From: Rhina ancylostomus
Lineage: Eukaryota
DNA: 64,000 nt
NCBI GenBank assembly: GCA_030265395.1
Contig: JARFYF010000012.1
Location: 31,083,323 to 31,147,322 of the forward strand
Direction of reading: 5' to 3'
A program made the position numbers and the translations under genes. Positions 12,280-26,339 of this stretch are shown piece by piece. The stretch's first letter is position 1. The number at the start of each line of letters is the position of its first letter. The notes beneath the pieces were generated by a model. That model made no database searches. It worked only from the letters and a program-made list of their open reading frames with translations, and was not told the origin of the DNA.

Positions 12280-15260
12280 TTGATTTTTAAATTCCTGATG
12301 ATTTGGGATCAGGGCAGGACTCAAACCATCTGAAATGCATCCTTGGCATACCAATAGTTTGCTCAGTGAGACTGGTGATCGTGAGGCTGATTGCACTCCT
12401 GGCCCTCATTGGTCATGTTCCTTGTGGGTGTCATCCCCCATGTTTTCACGCAGTATCCACTATGTCTGAACTGCCAGCCAATAAGTTTTGGAGGTATGAA
12501 GAGATCAAGTTAGCATGCCAAAGGGTGAAAGCACTATAGCAACTCTCAAGAAATATTTTTGTTGGGTTGGATAATCATGTTCCTTTAGTACATGGAGAGT
12601 TGATGTGATTCATCTTCCTGATAAAGTAGCCATTGGTCATCTGCCTTTTCTACAGATGTGTGACCGACTGATATACCTACAGGATCCCTCAGGAGATCCC
12701 TGGAAGATGCACAAGTCAAACTACCTGAGGGGGTGAGGGGGAATTAAATCTTGACAGCTTGTGATGAAACCTGGCCACCATGTCCAGCAGGCCAGAGGGC
12801 TTGTTCTTGCATGCATCAAGTATCTCCGATCTTCAACTTGCATCCTTAGACAATGGTGTTCAAAGGGCGATTATCCTTGACCTGTACACCTTGTATAATG
12901 GGTATGGTTGCTGCTCTACTGCTGTTTTTGTTATTAACCATGAAGGCTCCTGTTTTCAGGTACCACCTCTAAAGTCTGCAGAAGTGCAAAGATAAAGTTC
13001 TACAACAGTGAAGGAGATCGAGGAGTCAGATTTACTTGATGGATGTGGCTGCTTCTGGTACTGCTCAAAACACAGGGTTCGGGATAAATTAATAACACAG
13101 TCATTAGTTGGGTGTGTGTCTACAATGACATGCAAGGACAACTTTAATTAGTCATTTGTGCGGCATGGAGTCACACCCTGCTTCCCTGGTGCAGAAATGA
13201 TTCGTGGCTGTACTCCTTCAGCCAGAAGCCAAATCCAGTGACCTTTGTTTTTGCTTAGTCTTGGATAAGGTATGGTTTTATTTTAAGTTGCCGCTGCACC
13301 CTTGAGTGAGTTATTGTAGACTGGTTCAGGTCTGCCGTGGTGAAGTGCTGGGGATGGGCTCAGGTGAGGGGAAACTCTGTGAACAGCTCTTTAACTGGGC
13401 TGGCAGGATGAGCTGTCAGCTGTCAGTACTAACACTGTACTCTGCACAGGATGAAGTGATGGTGATTAATACCAGCATGAACAAGTAAACCTATCAGTTT
13501 TGGGGGCTTCAACCATTGCTCATGTAAGCTGATCCTAATGGATAACCAGGAGGTTCAGGTGGCTGCTGTCTGCTCACGTTGAACAGCAACACTCTGTTGA
13601 ACTAACTAGTGAAAGTGCAACTGATGTGTATAGTAGTAACGAGTTTACACTCCCAATCTCCCCCCGCACTTGTCCCTTGTTCAATATTGTGGAGGTGGTA
13701 GGCTGCTCTAAGATAGTACCTGGAGATTTCCCTGCCCCAGTTCTTTTTAAAACAAAAAGCTCGAAGAAACAAACGCCAAGTTGATGTTTTGTAAATGAGC
13801 TGCTGGTGTAGAAGCACAATGTCCCAGCTGGAATCGCCACTTCGGGAAGCAGGTTCTACCGAGACTGGGGCTTCATACAGGTGTCACCAATGTCAAGGCT
13901 GGGCTGCCAGAGCAAGCTACCTGCTTAAGTGAAGCATTTGGGTTTTGCTCGGGGAAGAGCTGTTGTGTAAACGTTTATCTGCACATCTCCCCCCAATGGG
14001 CCATCGTCCAGAGCTGGGAAGTCGCTATCAAAGGTGTGCGCCAGTTCGGGTTAACACGTTGATGAGTATTAGATAGACACGCAAGAAATTCTGCAGTTGC
14101 TGGATGTATCTGGAGCAATACACAAAAAGTGCTGGAGGAACTCAGCAGGTCAGGCCGCATCCATGGAAGGAAATAAACAGTCGATGTTTCAGTAGGGGAG
14201 GGGGAGGATCACATGCTGGCAGGCGTTAGGTGAGTTCAGGTGAGGAGGGAAGGTAGGTGGGAGGGGGAGAAGATGTAATAAGCTAAGTGGTGATAGGTAG
14301 AAGAGGCCGAGGGCAAAAGGAGGAATCCGGTAGGAGAGGGCAGTGGACTATGGAATAAAGGAAGGGGCAGGAGAGGAGATGGGCAGGTCACTAAGGCAGA
14401 TATTTAATGATGATAACAATGAAAGGGTCATTTATTTGAATGGCTTCACCTTTGACCCTTATAAAAATTGTGGTTCCTTACTTTTTGTATTCCTTATTGG
14501 CAACCAGGTGATTGATATCCAGGAACGTGGTTTCTATGGTTTGAATGTGTTTCTTGAAGGGTCTCTTGCAGCAGGACAATGTCCATGTTAGTGTGTTGCA
14601 GAATTTCTTTGGAAATAAATCATATTTCTCTAAGAATAAGCCTTCGCTAAAGTAATCTACTCTTGTCACTGATACTTTTTTTTAATCTTTATGAATGTGG
14701 TTCTAACTTGTTCTTTCAGCCAGAAGGTCTCCACCTTGGGAGTGTTAATCAACAGGTTTATCAGGTCAAGCAGGCAGAGTACATGATGGATGTTACCACC
14801 CACCCAGACTGCAAACTGATCTGCAAAGTTCATTTCCACAAAAAGTTTTTTCAAAGTTATTTAAAAAATGTTCTGGCACAACTTCTGTGAAGAAAACTTA
14901 AGAAGACATCTTTTTAAGGCTGCAATATTTCTACGCAGATTTTGCTGTCAGCTCTTCAGTGCCTGGCCTGTACTCTTATGTTGATCTCACTGACATTTTA
15001 GGGAACCCAGGAAATTTGCATGTACTTGTTTTTAAAGCATCACACTCTTTTTATCTTGCTCTTAATGAGCTGTCATCTTAATGAGCTGTCATCATATTGA
15101 AATTGGTAACCCATCACTCCTTGAGGAATTTCCTACAGGCAGGCTGATGTGTTGAGATTAAATGTGGAAGTCAAAGAATTGGTGTGACTCTCCCAACTCT
15201 ATCCCATCACGCAAGTTAAAATTTCCTCCGAAGGACAAGAAGGTCTCGCCCACTAGATTT
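12280..15260 (-). mobile_element. Probable highly decayed L1/Tx1-clade LINE ORF2
   Basis: Minus-strand remnants in the expected order: GGNFN (APE GDFN-like, about 15220), FWLKEQVRTTFIK (about 14710), AFVSSSFLF (KAFD.VSH.FL-like, about 13770), KVTGFGF (KVLGIWF-like, about 13240) and KYFLR (about 12550). Many stops and frameshifts. Confidence 0.4.
14077..14400 (-). mobile_element. Penelope-derived repeat inserted in the older element
   Basis: acacaaaaagtgctggaggaactcagcaggtcaggccgcatccatgga is nearly the exact reverse complement of 49620-49668; a purine-rich tract follows. Confidence 0.85.
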
Positions 15261-18200
15261 ACTTTGTATTGAAGAATTTCATTCATCACCACCAAACAAA
15301 ATGCAGAAGAAAAATGCTTAGTCTAATCCAGCAGAGTTCTCCATCTTCGTATTATGTGGAATTTTTATCCAAGTATGATGGAAAAAAATCAGAAATGCAC
15401 ATAGCAAATGGGTAGCAAGAGTAGATTTTGTAGGTGCAGAAAATAAGAAAGAACATCATCTGTTCGCAAGTCGTGATGTACCGTTGAAATAAACAGCTAA
15501 GCTTTTTTGTTTTTAAAGTAAACACTGTGCTCAGATTTTCTGCTTCTGTGAGATGCCAGTAGGAATTTGGCACCAGTATAGTTCTAGGCAAGCAGAATGA
15601 TTCAACACACTGCTAAACTTTGTGCTTCAGTAACAAATAACAGGGAATTGTCAGGGTAAGTGCAGAAAATGAGCCTAAAAATGGGCTGGGCAGGTAATTT
15701 CTTTATGTTCCTGTTGTACTGATCAAACTCGTTTTACAGTGGGACAGTTAGCAAGAGCAAGTTAGCGGAGAATAGGTTGATACAGAAACAAAAGGCATAA
15801 TCAAACAGTTTTTCAAGAGACTTTTCCAAAGAAGACCTGAACAGGAAGGTCCAGAGCATGAACATGGCTGAGTGCAAGTGGCTATTTGGAGAGAGTGAAG
15901 GGATAAAAGGTTCAGTGTAAGAAGAATAAAGTATCAATGCGAGGATGTATGCAAGGAAGGATTCATTAATGAAATATGAGTTGATTACACAGGATATTGA
16001 AACAAAAACAAGAATTATGAAATTGATTAATGATGTGATGAAGATGTGGATAAGAAATTTGTCAACAGTTGGAAAAGCAGTCATGAGTAAATGAAGTTGC
16101 TAAGATAAGCAGAGAATAAATTGGGATTGGTATGAGTGGGTGTTTGATGGTTGGCACAGACTTGATGGGCCTAAGGCCTTGTTTCCATACTGTATAACAT
16201 CAGCTCTAACATTGCCATGAGGGCTCCTCAAATCCTAACTGCTATCGAGGAAAATAAATATGTAAAATCAAGGTGAAATGATCTAAAACAGTTAAGAATA
16301 TTGCTCTGACCATTGCTAAAAAGAAATAGTAATAAATATAATTGTAGGTTTACCAAATATGAATGTTTGGGAATTGTGTGCAGGAGATCGCCACCTGATT
16401 TCAGTTACATACAACATACGTATACAAGATACAACAGAAGCAGACCATTTAGCTCAACTGGTTTGTGCGTCATCTTATGTTTCAAAGAGAATCCTTCCAC
16501 AATTCTTTGTCAAACTCTATCTGCATATCCTTCAGTGCCTTTCTTCCTTCATACCCTTATCTAGCTTCCCCTTTCAGTCATCTCAAACCACGTTATATGG
16601 TAACTAATTCCATATTCTTAACACTGGGTAAATGAGTTTCTGCTTAATTTCATATTAGATGTTATTGTAACTAATTTGTGTTTCTAACTCCAGACAAATC
16701 CAGAACAGCTAAAGGTGGGGATCTTCATAATTTCTACTTCCTAATATCCCAGTCGGAACCCTTATTCTAGTCAAACAATGCCTTACAACTTCAAACTAAA
16801 AGAAGAATGTCCCCAATACGTGAATTAACATTTATATCATTTTCACAAAAGCCTAACTGTGATACCTTAAAATTGGATTGTCAGGATAATAGTCGTTAAT
16901 ACCAAAGTAAGAGCAGTTTTCTACTTTGGGCATATAATCATTTATATTTTACTGTATCTGACATACCTGGTGATATAATGACATAACTGATCAAATGTTC
17001 ATTATGACTGTGATTTTGTGGAATCTGGCGTACAGGTGTTACACAACATATAGAAAGGAAACCAAGTGCTTGTCCACTTCTTCTCCCAACAGTGCGATTT
17101 GAATATGCCTAAAACCAGGTTACACATAGAACAAACATAGAGAAAAGATGTTGCATCCCAAACTTCAGGACTGTTTTTGAATCTAGAGGCAAAGCATTTC
17201 TTAGTATATCACCCTGGTTAATTGGACATTGAAATTAAATGTATGATTGGGAGTTGTTGGTGGCTTGATCTCAATGCTAATTATTTTATTTACCTCAGTT
17301 CAATTAAGGCAGTTTGTTAACTTAATGAAATCTCATTCCTGCTACAGTAAGAAAAGCTTGTTTGAATTTTCAGTAATAGGCTTTGGTCTTATAATTAATG
17401 AGTCATTTGTGGTGGTCTTATGGAAAACTGTTAGCTCAATGTGTGATTAAGATGATGGCATGTTTTGTGAGAGTTAATGGCATTTTCTTCCCACTATGAT
17501 CGCAACGCTAATTGAGAATGTACAGAGCGTAATAATGAAAATAGCTATCAAAAATGCAAAGAACAGGTGGCACTGAACACTTCCTTCTGCAAGACTCAGG
17601 ATTTTCACGCATGGAGCAATTACTGAATCTTTTTTGCAAATGATTAAATACCAATCACCTTTACACAAAGCAATTTTTTTTCTCATTTTAAGGTGCATTC
17701 TTGCACTGATCAAGATGCAAGTTTTGGATGATGGGATCTCTTTCCAATTATCAGATGAGCATCACAATGGACATTGTGTAGGCTGGAAGCAGTGTGACTC
17801 TGCATTTCCCCTGTCACACTCACATCCAATAAAAAAAACCTTCAATGGGATGAGGGATCTCCACACCAGGCTCCATCATGGATCTGTGAAATGGCATGGG
17901 AATGGATAGTTAATGAGTTGATAATTCTTACTTTTTTTAAAATTTAGATTCTGTACATTTGTAACTGGGGAGAATTTTATTCCAAAACCTGTTGGGATTG
18001 AAACTAATTTCAGAATGAAAGGGCATACTCTAACTTATTTCGCCGTCCTTCTCAGCACAGTTTGTTGACCTGCTCTACAATTTCCTTCCCCCATTGAATA
18101 TTCTTTAGATGGGAAATGCATAAGATATAGGGATAAACAGCAAAGAAATCATATCTGATGGTATGAACAGCACAATTGGGATATGCCAAAATGGTACCTC

Positions 18201-19081
18201 ATTCTTGTTTAGTACTAGTTTGAATCTGTCATGATCATATAATTTTCCAGAGGGATTTCAAAAGCAAAGCAGTGAAATAATTAAATTTAACAGTATGACT
18301 TCTTCTGGAATCATGTACCCATGGTTATATTGGCAGTTCATACATTTGATCCTTTTACATGATTGCATTAGCAAGAACATGCTCTCTCTTAGCAATACTT
18401 TTCTTAATCTCTTAGCCAAACTTCCAACTCAAATCAAATGTAGTATTTGGCACTGAAAAAAATACTTTCTATAAACAAATTGCTAAGATTTTTGCTTTCA
18501 GCCTTTGGACGTGATTCAAAAATGTTGCCCTGCAGAGTTGCCCAGAGAAGTAAAAGGGCAAGGGTTTAGATTGTTCATTCTTGACTCTTAAGCATCTCAT
18601 TGAAAAATTGGAAGAGTCTACGTCACTTTCCACTATAGTGAGAGAGTAAAACTTCAGTACTTTGTGGAAACTGGTGGAGATCTATTTAAAAGTTTCTATT
18701 ATGAAATCTTCACTGTACCCCAGTGTTAATGACCTGTGCATCTTGTATCTTATGTTCCAAAGTTTTAAAAATGTGAGATGCAAAAGCTCTGCGGAAAATG
18801 TAACAAAAGGAGTACTAAATAGTTGAAAGGATAGTATGCTATTGTTGGTATGTAATTGTTATGGCATGCAACAAAAAAATTGCATTTTTTATTAGATCTG
18901 TAAGGTGGTTATGTCAGAGTAACAGAGACACACTTTTACTGAAGTCTTTTCATACCTTTTAGCCTTCATTAAAAAAACAATCATCAGTAATTGTCTGTTT
19001 TTCAATACCTTCAGTTTTATTTAACAATCAAAATTTCCGTTAAGATTCTGCAGTGATCCATTGATGCAATTTATTTTGCAG

Positions 19082-19367
19082 ATTCACTGTACACTGAGAG
19101 GACCAGGGGCAGTAGAATCACACGATTACCTTCTGCATCCTTCGAAAAAGATCTTGGCTTCAACGGTTATCAACAGAAGCCCGGGAGGTGGAACTTACCT
19201 CAAATTATGTGCAGATGGTTCCGTGCCTAAGATACGTGCCACCTTGTACAGGACCACTGTTTCTGACCACGTTGCTGGTGCTCTGCTAGAAGCAACTGCT
19301 GTCACTGGGACAAGGAACACACTTCTGAGTCCTTCGGGGATACCCACAGGCAGAGCAATGCTCAAAG
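19082..19367 (+). CDS. PLCE1: PLCE1 internal coding exon (equivalent to human exon 3), phase 0 to phase 1
   Basis: Acceptor ttattttgcAG ends at 19081 and donor AAG|GTaaat starts at 19368. The translation IHCTLRGP...KIRATLYRTTVSDHVAGALLEATAVTGTRNTLLSPSGIPTGRAMLK aligns with recalled human PLCE1 ...[46 protein letters not shown]. The final G joins AG at 62461 to give GAG (E), in frame. Confidence 0.93.
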
Positions 19368-22300
19368 GTAAATGTCATAAATATCTTGTGTCCTTGATGC
19401 TAATTAAGACTATTAAGATTATAAATGCATCATGTTGGGTTTAACTAACTATGGTTAGGAAATGCTTTGCATAATATGCCATGTTTACTGAAATTTTAAT
19501 TTCTGCTTTTCAATGCATTTGGAAATTAAATGAATTCGTTCTTGCTCCTCATGATGAGATTTTAAAAAAAGTTAAATCCTGGGATAAGCTTTCTAGTAGA
19601 ATGAGACTTTGTCTGCAAATTCAACTACTTCATTCTGGAGAATGATGCTACTCCATATTGCTGTGACTGGCTGTTTAGATTTTCCTTTCTGTCATCACTG
19701 AATTGCTGCAAAATGCATTCAACCCACAGTTTTGTCAAAGTTGTTGATGTTTCTGGTGTGTGTTGAGAATTATGCTCAGTGTGCTGCACAAATAGAACTA
19801 AGACGTGTTCAATTCTGTTAGTGAAATAACAGATGGAATTCATCCTGACACATTCCTATTTTGTGTAGGAAGTTTCTGTTATATTATTGGAAGTGTTGAC
19901 ATTTTTCATATTTTTGAAAACACTGAGAGCAAAACAGTCCAGAGAGGTTGAAGGTTGAAATTTTCTGTGTTGTGAAGTAATAAATTGGAATATTGAGGTA
20001 TCGTAAGGGGCACTTGGTGTCTGTGGAAGAATTATTGGGACAATCTTCGTATCAAAATAAAACCTGAAAAGAGGTGTTGCCTGGCAGCTTACTACCTGCT
20101 GCAAACCCCTGATGGTGGTTTAGACTGAATTCTTCCTACTTCAAAAGGAGAAGCTAGTCATGTGACATTTGTGGTTTTATGCCCCAAAAAAAGGTAAAGT
20201 AGTTAGTTCAATAGCCTGTGCTAATATCTTATCAAGTCCACATTTTCCCCTCTGGAACAGGTTGCAACAGAGTAAGGTGTTATCAGCAGGGATTAGCTTC
20301 TGTAGATTACAATAAAATGTTGGCATAGAACCTGTTGAATGAATCTACAAGTTGTACTTAGATTTGCAGTGGCAGTGCTTGATTCCTTACTGACACTTCA
20401 TTTGATTGACTTGAGACTACAGCCATCTGACTTGAAATAAGTGTTTCAAGTCCTAGTGTTTTCTGTTTTTAACGTGTCCTCTGGTACTGTTGTCAAACTT
20501 ATCCTGCAGAGCACCCTGGACTTGGAATAATAACATCCGTGAAACAGAAAAATGTATATTCAAGCAGCCTGATGCATCTAGTTTAGTGTCAATAGATGGT
20601 AAGATGTAAATGATTAAGCTACCTTCCCAAAAAGTAAATTGTAACTTAATGAGGAAAGGGCTAACATTTCATACCCAAAGTGTATTCTGGCAACATTGCT
20701 TGGGAAGAATATTTTGGTATGTACTTGATTACACTGAGTTTTGGGGCACTGATACCAATTTTGCTAAGTTCCAGTCAAAATGCCAGTAAAGTGACTCTTG
20801 AGTCTGCTCTTAACATATGGCCTCAATTCTTTTTTTAGAAAAAGGGCAAGTGTGACAAGCCAATGTCACCAGTAGAGCTTCTCCTGATTTGTGAAGCCAC
20901 ATTAAGGCAAATTAGTGTGCCTGATAAGTGTTGTCCTTTTAAAATGCTGGATGCAATAATTAAACATGGATGATCGACAGCAGTGGGAAAAGCAGGACAT
21001 TTGAAGGCATAGCACTTCCATGAGGGATTTTTCTTGCACACCTGGGCAACTTGCATTGTGTATAGATGGCCTATCAGCAGGGTGAGGTAGACTCCACCTA
21101 TGATGCTGAACAGAGATGGTAGTTATTCAGTATACATTTAATTTAACTACTTTAGAATAAGTAATTTTTCATGTTATATTTAAATTAAGCATGTTATTTT
21201 TTAATTTTCCCACCATTGCCTAAAAACTACCACAAATATTGAATAACAGATTATATTCATATAATACCTTTGGCATACCAAGAAATCTTTATGCTTAGAT
21301 TTGCAGAAAGGATGGGACCATAAGTAATTTGAACTGTAAACGCAATACAGTATGTAGTCCAAATGGCAATCTTGTTATTTGACTTCAGAAGACAGGATGT
21401 CATATGGTGTTTTAGTTTTTAAGTGTTTTAAAATGCATGAACAAATTCATCATTTTTTTTACAGAAAGATTTTTTGGGATAAATTCAATTTCTGTTTAAA
21501 GATCATATTTTAAACTCCCCAGAGCCTCTGTCAAAACAAATGTTGTGGCAATTATGAATGGGAAATCTACCCAGAATCTGCGGTTTCCATTCATGCTGCA
21601 GTATTACAGTATCTAAGAATTACCACTTCAGTGCTCTGAAGCAGTAATTCTTTGGTCCCACGCTCCCAGGAAAGAAAACACTCTCAAAGAGAACGTGGGT
21701 CAGAGAATCATCTGGAATCTGCAGCTAATGTTCCTTGCAAGTGGCTCTGTGGCTACAAATTGGGAATCGCACTTTGAATATCTGTTCCCAGACTGACTCA
21801 ACTTCATGAATAAAACCAATGCAGAGAGAGAAGGTTGAAAGCTGCCAATGTTTGTAAATAGCTTGTTTTGTAACATCTAAGAACAGTTCAACAAAATTTG
21901 CATCGTTTTTACTCTTTTGTTTTCCCCCATTTCTTACTACTCCAAGAAAATCATGGATAAAGATCCCAGCATGTTATTCAGTGGAATACAAGAGCTTGCA
22001 CAGTAAACTATGTTACACTAAGCCTGGGCTCTTCTGCACATAAAAGCCAATGGAATATAAACTGCAAAGCCATGAAACATTGATATGAGTAAAAGAGAAT
22101 GTTAAAGCAGCGCAGCCTGATTGGTCACAACAATTCTGTGCAAGGGCCCTTGCCTCTGATAGTCTGTAGATTATGTTCTCTATGTGTAGAAATGGACAAA
22201 GGCATTTCCTCAGCGAACCTTGCCGTTACAAAGAGTTCAGTAAGTGGATTTCACTGAGAAAGAATGGTGGGGTGTGGATTAAGAGTGGGGAGGGGTATGA

Positions 22301-22829
22301 GATAATGACTGGGGAAGATAACTGGAGGTGGGGTTTAGAAAGGGGACTTGATTACTATTGTAAGTTATTGTGGAGGAAGATTGTGGGAGGGGATATGGTG
22401 GCAGGGGGGTGGTATTGGAGGAGGATAGTCTGGATGAGGTGCTGGGGGCAGTCAGGAAGATGGTTGAGAGGCTTATGGTGAGTCTCAGGATTTTGGCAGG
22501 AGAGACACTGGTGGGAGTCCATCATTGACCATGATAATTTAAAGAAAGAAGTTCTTTTTATGGAAGGTGGAAACCTGGACTCCCCAGGGGTGATGGAGGT
22601 AGGATTGAGCCCTTTTAGCTAATGTTGATCCAGGCTGCAACATTACACTTAAGATCAACTTCAGTGTTTCAAATCCTTGCCATTCATAGGTCTCAAATGC
22701 ATGGTGGAATTTAGCACAGCTGATGTCGATCATAAAATATACATGGATAAATATCCTTGAAATGTGACCAGGGTCCTTTGTGCACGTATTCTTCATACGC
22801 ACAGAGAACTGATTGTCAATTCAGAAGTT

Positions 22830-24310
22830 TTTTGATTCGTTCATTTTCTGGGCTATGAAGATCATTGGCAAGACCAGCATTCACTGGCCATTCCTAATTG
22901 CCCTTGAGAAGGCAGTGGTGAACTTTTGAACAGCTGCAGTCCTTCTGGTGACATTAATCCCACATAATGGGGAGGTGGTTCTATGATTTAGGTTCACAGA
23001 CAATGAAACATCTGTGACACATTTCCAAATCAAGATGGTATGTGACTTGGAGGTGAACCTACAGGTAGTAGTGTTCCTGTGCACCTGCTGCACTTGTCCT
23101 TAATGGAAGAGCTTACAGCTTTGAGAGGTGCTGGTTAAGTAACTGGGGTCAGTAATTGCAGTACATTTTGTAAATGAGACACCATGCAGCCATCGTGCCC
23201 AGGTGGTAGAGGGAATGAATATATTTGGGTGGTTGATGGGGTACTATTCAAATGAGCTGCTTTGCCCTGGATGGTGTGGAGTTTCTCGAGTTGTTGGGAC
23301 TGCACTCACCCAGTCTGTTGGAAGGTGTTCCATCATGCTCCAGACTTGTACCTAGCAGATGGCGGATAGGCTNNNNNNNNNNNNNNNNNNNNNNNNNNNN
23401 NNNNNNNNNNNNNNNNNNNNNNNNNNNNNNNNNNNNNNNNNNNNNNNNNNNNNNNNNNNNNNNNNNNNNNNNATAGGCTTTGAGGTGTTAGGAGCTGATT
23501 CACTCCCTGCAAGTTTCCCAGCCTCTGACCTCATGTAGCGACTGTATTCACGTGGCTGGTCCAGTTGAGCTTTTCCTCAGTGGCGATCGTCAGTTTATTG
23601 ATGTTGAGTAACTTGGTGATGGTGCTACCATTTAAATATCAAGGATAGGTGATTAGACTCTCTTGTTGGAGATGATTATTGCCTGATAATTTTATGGCGC
23701 AAATGTTACTTGCTACTTTTCAGGCCATGCCCAGATACAGCAAAACTGAAACAACGTTCAGACATGAACTGCTTTATTTGGTGACAAGTTCTGAATGGGG
23801 AAAACAAATTATAAAATCACCAGTGACGTCCTCATTCCTGACCTGTTGGCTTTTTAATTGCCCACCACCATTCATGGCTACATATGGTAGGACTGTAACA
23901 CATCAATCTACCACAGGTAGATTAGTGAGGATGAGGTCAAGTAGTTTTATCTCTCATGCTGGTTTGTGCACCACCTATCACAGACCCAGTCTGGCAGCTA
24001 TGTCCTTCAGAACTTGCCCAGCTCAGTCAGTGGTGGTGCAACTGTTGGAGGTAGGCATTGAAGTTCTCTACCCAGGGTATGTTCTGTGCCCCTGCTACTT
24101 TCTGTGCTGCTTCCAAGTGTTGTTCAAAATGAAGGAGCCCTGATTCATCAGCTGAGGGAGAGCAGTAGGTGATAATCAAGAGGTTTCCTTGCCTATGTTT
24201 GACCTGGTGCCACAAGACTTTATGTAGTTTGGAGAAAATGTTGAGGACTCCCTACCACTTGTACACCAATGTGCCATCATCTTTGGTGGGTCTTTCCTGC
24301 CAGTGGGACA
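22830..24310 (-). mobile_element. CR1/L2-group LINE (second family), internally deleted: APE endonuclease remnant plus 3' end
   Basis: WHQVKHRQGNLLIITYCSPSADES...WVENFN (YRPP/GDFN-like) at 24215-24050 and LDLILTN at about 23930. The 3' tail ccagcatt...cctaattgcccttgagaagg is shared with copies at 36925, 49885 and 51365. Confidence 0.75.
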
Positions 24311-25205
24311 AGATAGAATCAGAGTTGTACAGCATAGAAACAGGCCCTTCAGCCCACTGCATCTATGCTGACCAGCATGCCCATCTATACTAATGTCACT
24401 TGCCCACATTAATTCCATATGACTCTATGCCCTGCTCATTCAAGTACCTGTTAAAATGCTTTTTAAGTGATGTCACTGTTCCTGCCTCCACCACCACCAC
24501 CACCACCACCACCATCTCTGGCAACTCATTCCAGCTACCAACTAGTTTGTATGAAAAATTTACCCCTCGGATCTCATTTAAACCTTCTACTTCTTGCCTT
24601 AAACCTATGCCCTCTAGTTTTAATCTCCTCTACTATGGGAGATGTATGCTGGCTATGTACACTTTTCAATTTTATATACCTCTATCATGTCACCTCTCAG
24701 CCTCCTTTGCTCAAGGGAAAACAGACATAGCCTACCCAATCTCTCTTGAAACTAAAGCCTTCCAATCCAGGTAACATCTTCGTGAATCTTTTCAGCACCG
24801 TTTCTAGCTTAATCACATTCTTCCTATAGTGTGGTGACCAGAACTGCACACAAATCTCCAAGTCTGGCCCAACCTACATTTTGTACAACTGTAACATGAC
24901 ATCTCAACTCCTATACTTAGTGCCTTGACTGATGAAGCCAAGCGTGCCATACATCTTCCTCACCACTCTGTCTACCTGTTTGCATTTTCAGGGAACTATG
25001 CACTTGTATCCCAAGGTCTCTGTTCAACAACACTCCCCAGAGGCCTGCCATTCACAGTGTATGTCCTGTACTGGTTTAACTTCCCAAACTGTGTCATTTC
25101 ACACTTGTCCGAATTAAATTCCATCCGCCATTCCCTTTCCCACTTTCCCAGGTGATCGATATCCTGCTGTAACCTTAGACAACCTTCATTGTCCAGTGTA
25201 CCACC
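24311..25205 (-). mobile_element. CR1 LINE 3' fragment containing (CCA)9 at 24488-24514
   Basis: The minus-strand ORF reads LRLQQDIDHLGKWEREWRMEFNSDKCE; the tail gttgtacagcatagaaacaggcccttcagcc is at 24325. Confidence 0.9.
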
Positions 25206-26339
25206 AACAGTTCTGCTGTACATCACATAAAAACATTGGGCCATTTATTGAATTTTTAGCCTGTTTATGCTGAAAATGGTGAAATACATTAATGATCTCA
25301 TGGACTGAGTCAGAAGTCTAATTTATTTTAAAGTTATAATTTAATCAGATGGTTTGCAGACTCATTACAAAAAGCCTCTTCCTTATTTTCCTTGGCTAAA
25401 TTCACAGTGGTTTTAGCAGCTGAAGAACCCAAACAATCACAAATGTGTGCTGACAGGCTGTGGCCTTACCTTCCATTGTGCCAGCACAGTTTACAAGGAG
25501 ATTGAATATTTTCAATTCATAGCTGAATTTTATTATGCTGTCATCTACACAGCAGTAAATCTTGGCCCATGTTGTTTTGCAACCTGCTTCAAAGTTCTTT
25601 TAAAATTGGTTGAAGGCTGAAATTCTGCTTTGAAATCATGAGGTGCATCCCCCATAATGAATACTGCAGCACTGTGTGCTTGTCGGCATGGGACTAAGGC
25701 ATTGAATTGCACTGTAATGTCACACCAGCATACTGTTCTGTGACATTTCTGAAAACTACAATGCATATTAAAGACAATGGCTAATAAATAAATTAAACCT
25801 ACAATTCACAAAGATGCTGTTTTCAAATGTTCTTGTTTTCCATTACATGGCGAGAGGGTTTTGAATTTTAGTTCCTGACCTGTTATTTTCACTTGTGTCC
25901 TTGAATATGAAAGGCTGCCAAGCGACTCTTTTTCTCCTTATGGAAAAAGGTGTGGTGTGTGGGAGTTTTGCTGGCAGAGTGCATTGATTAATGCTTGCAT
26001 CCATTTGTTATCAACTGCACTGTGAAGGTAATTGATTGTGTTTCCTGCCTGTATCAGAGACTTCATGTGCAGTTGTCCGTAGCTAAGCATAAAATGAGCT
26101 GTTGCTTAGCGCATTTTATAACTATTTATTATGTTAAAGTGTGCTTCAAGGACAAAATATTCTGATGCTTATTTACTTTAAAAGCTAATGGGATGGATTG
26201 CATCGGTAATAAGTGACATTGAGGAAGAGCCGAAAAAATAAATAATTAAAATATATTGATAAAAGATTAAAACAACTGATATGTAAAATTAATTAAGATA
26301 TTAATACTAATTAAAATAAAATTGAAGTTCCTTAAAGGG

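Noticed and set aside
15734-16084. Hydrophobic 116-aa minus-strand ORF (also 56711-56998)
   Set aside because: It reflects T-rich or purine-skewed composition, with no splice or homology support.
1-19081. Orthologue of the mammalian PLCE1-1b alternative first exon or of the large exon 2
   Set aside because: No ORF resembling them was recognised; the upstream exons probably lie outside the window.
19061-19444. ORF-track start and stop for the PLCE1 segments (also 62436-62801)
   Set aside because: Similarity to PLCE1 stops at the splice sites; the extensions are intronic read-through.
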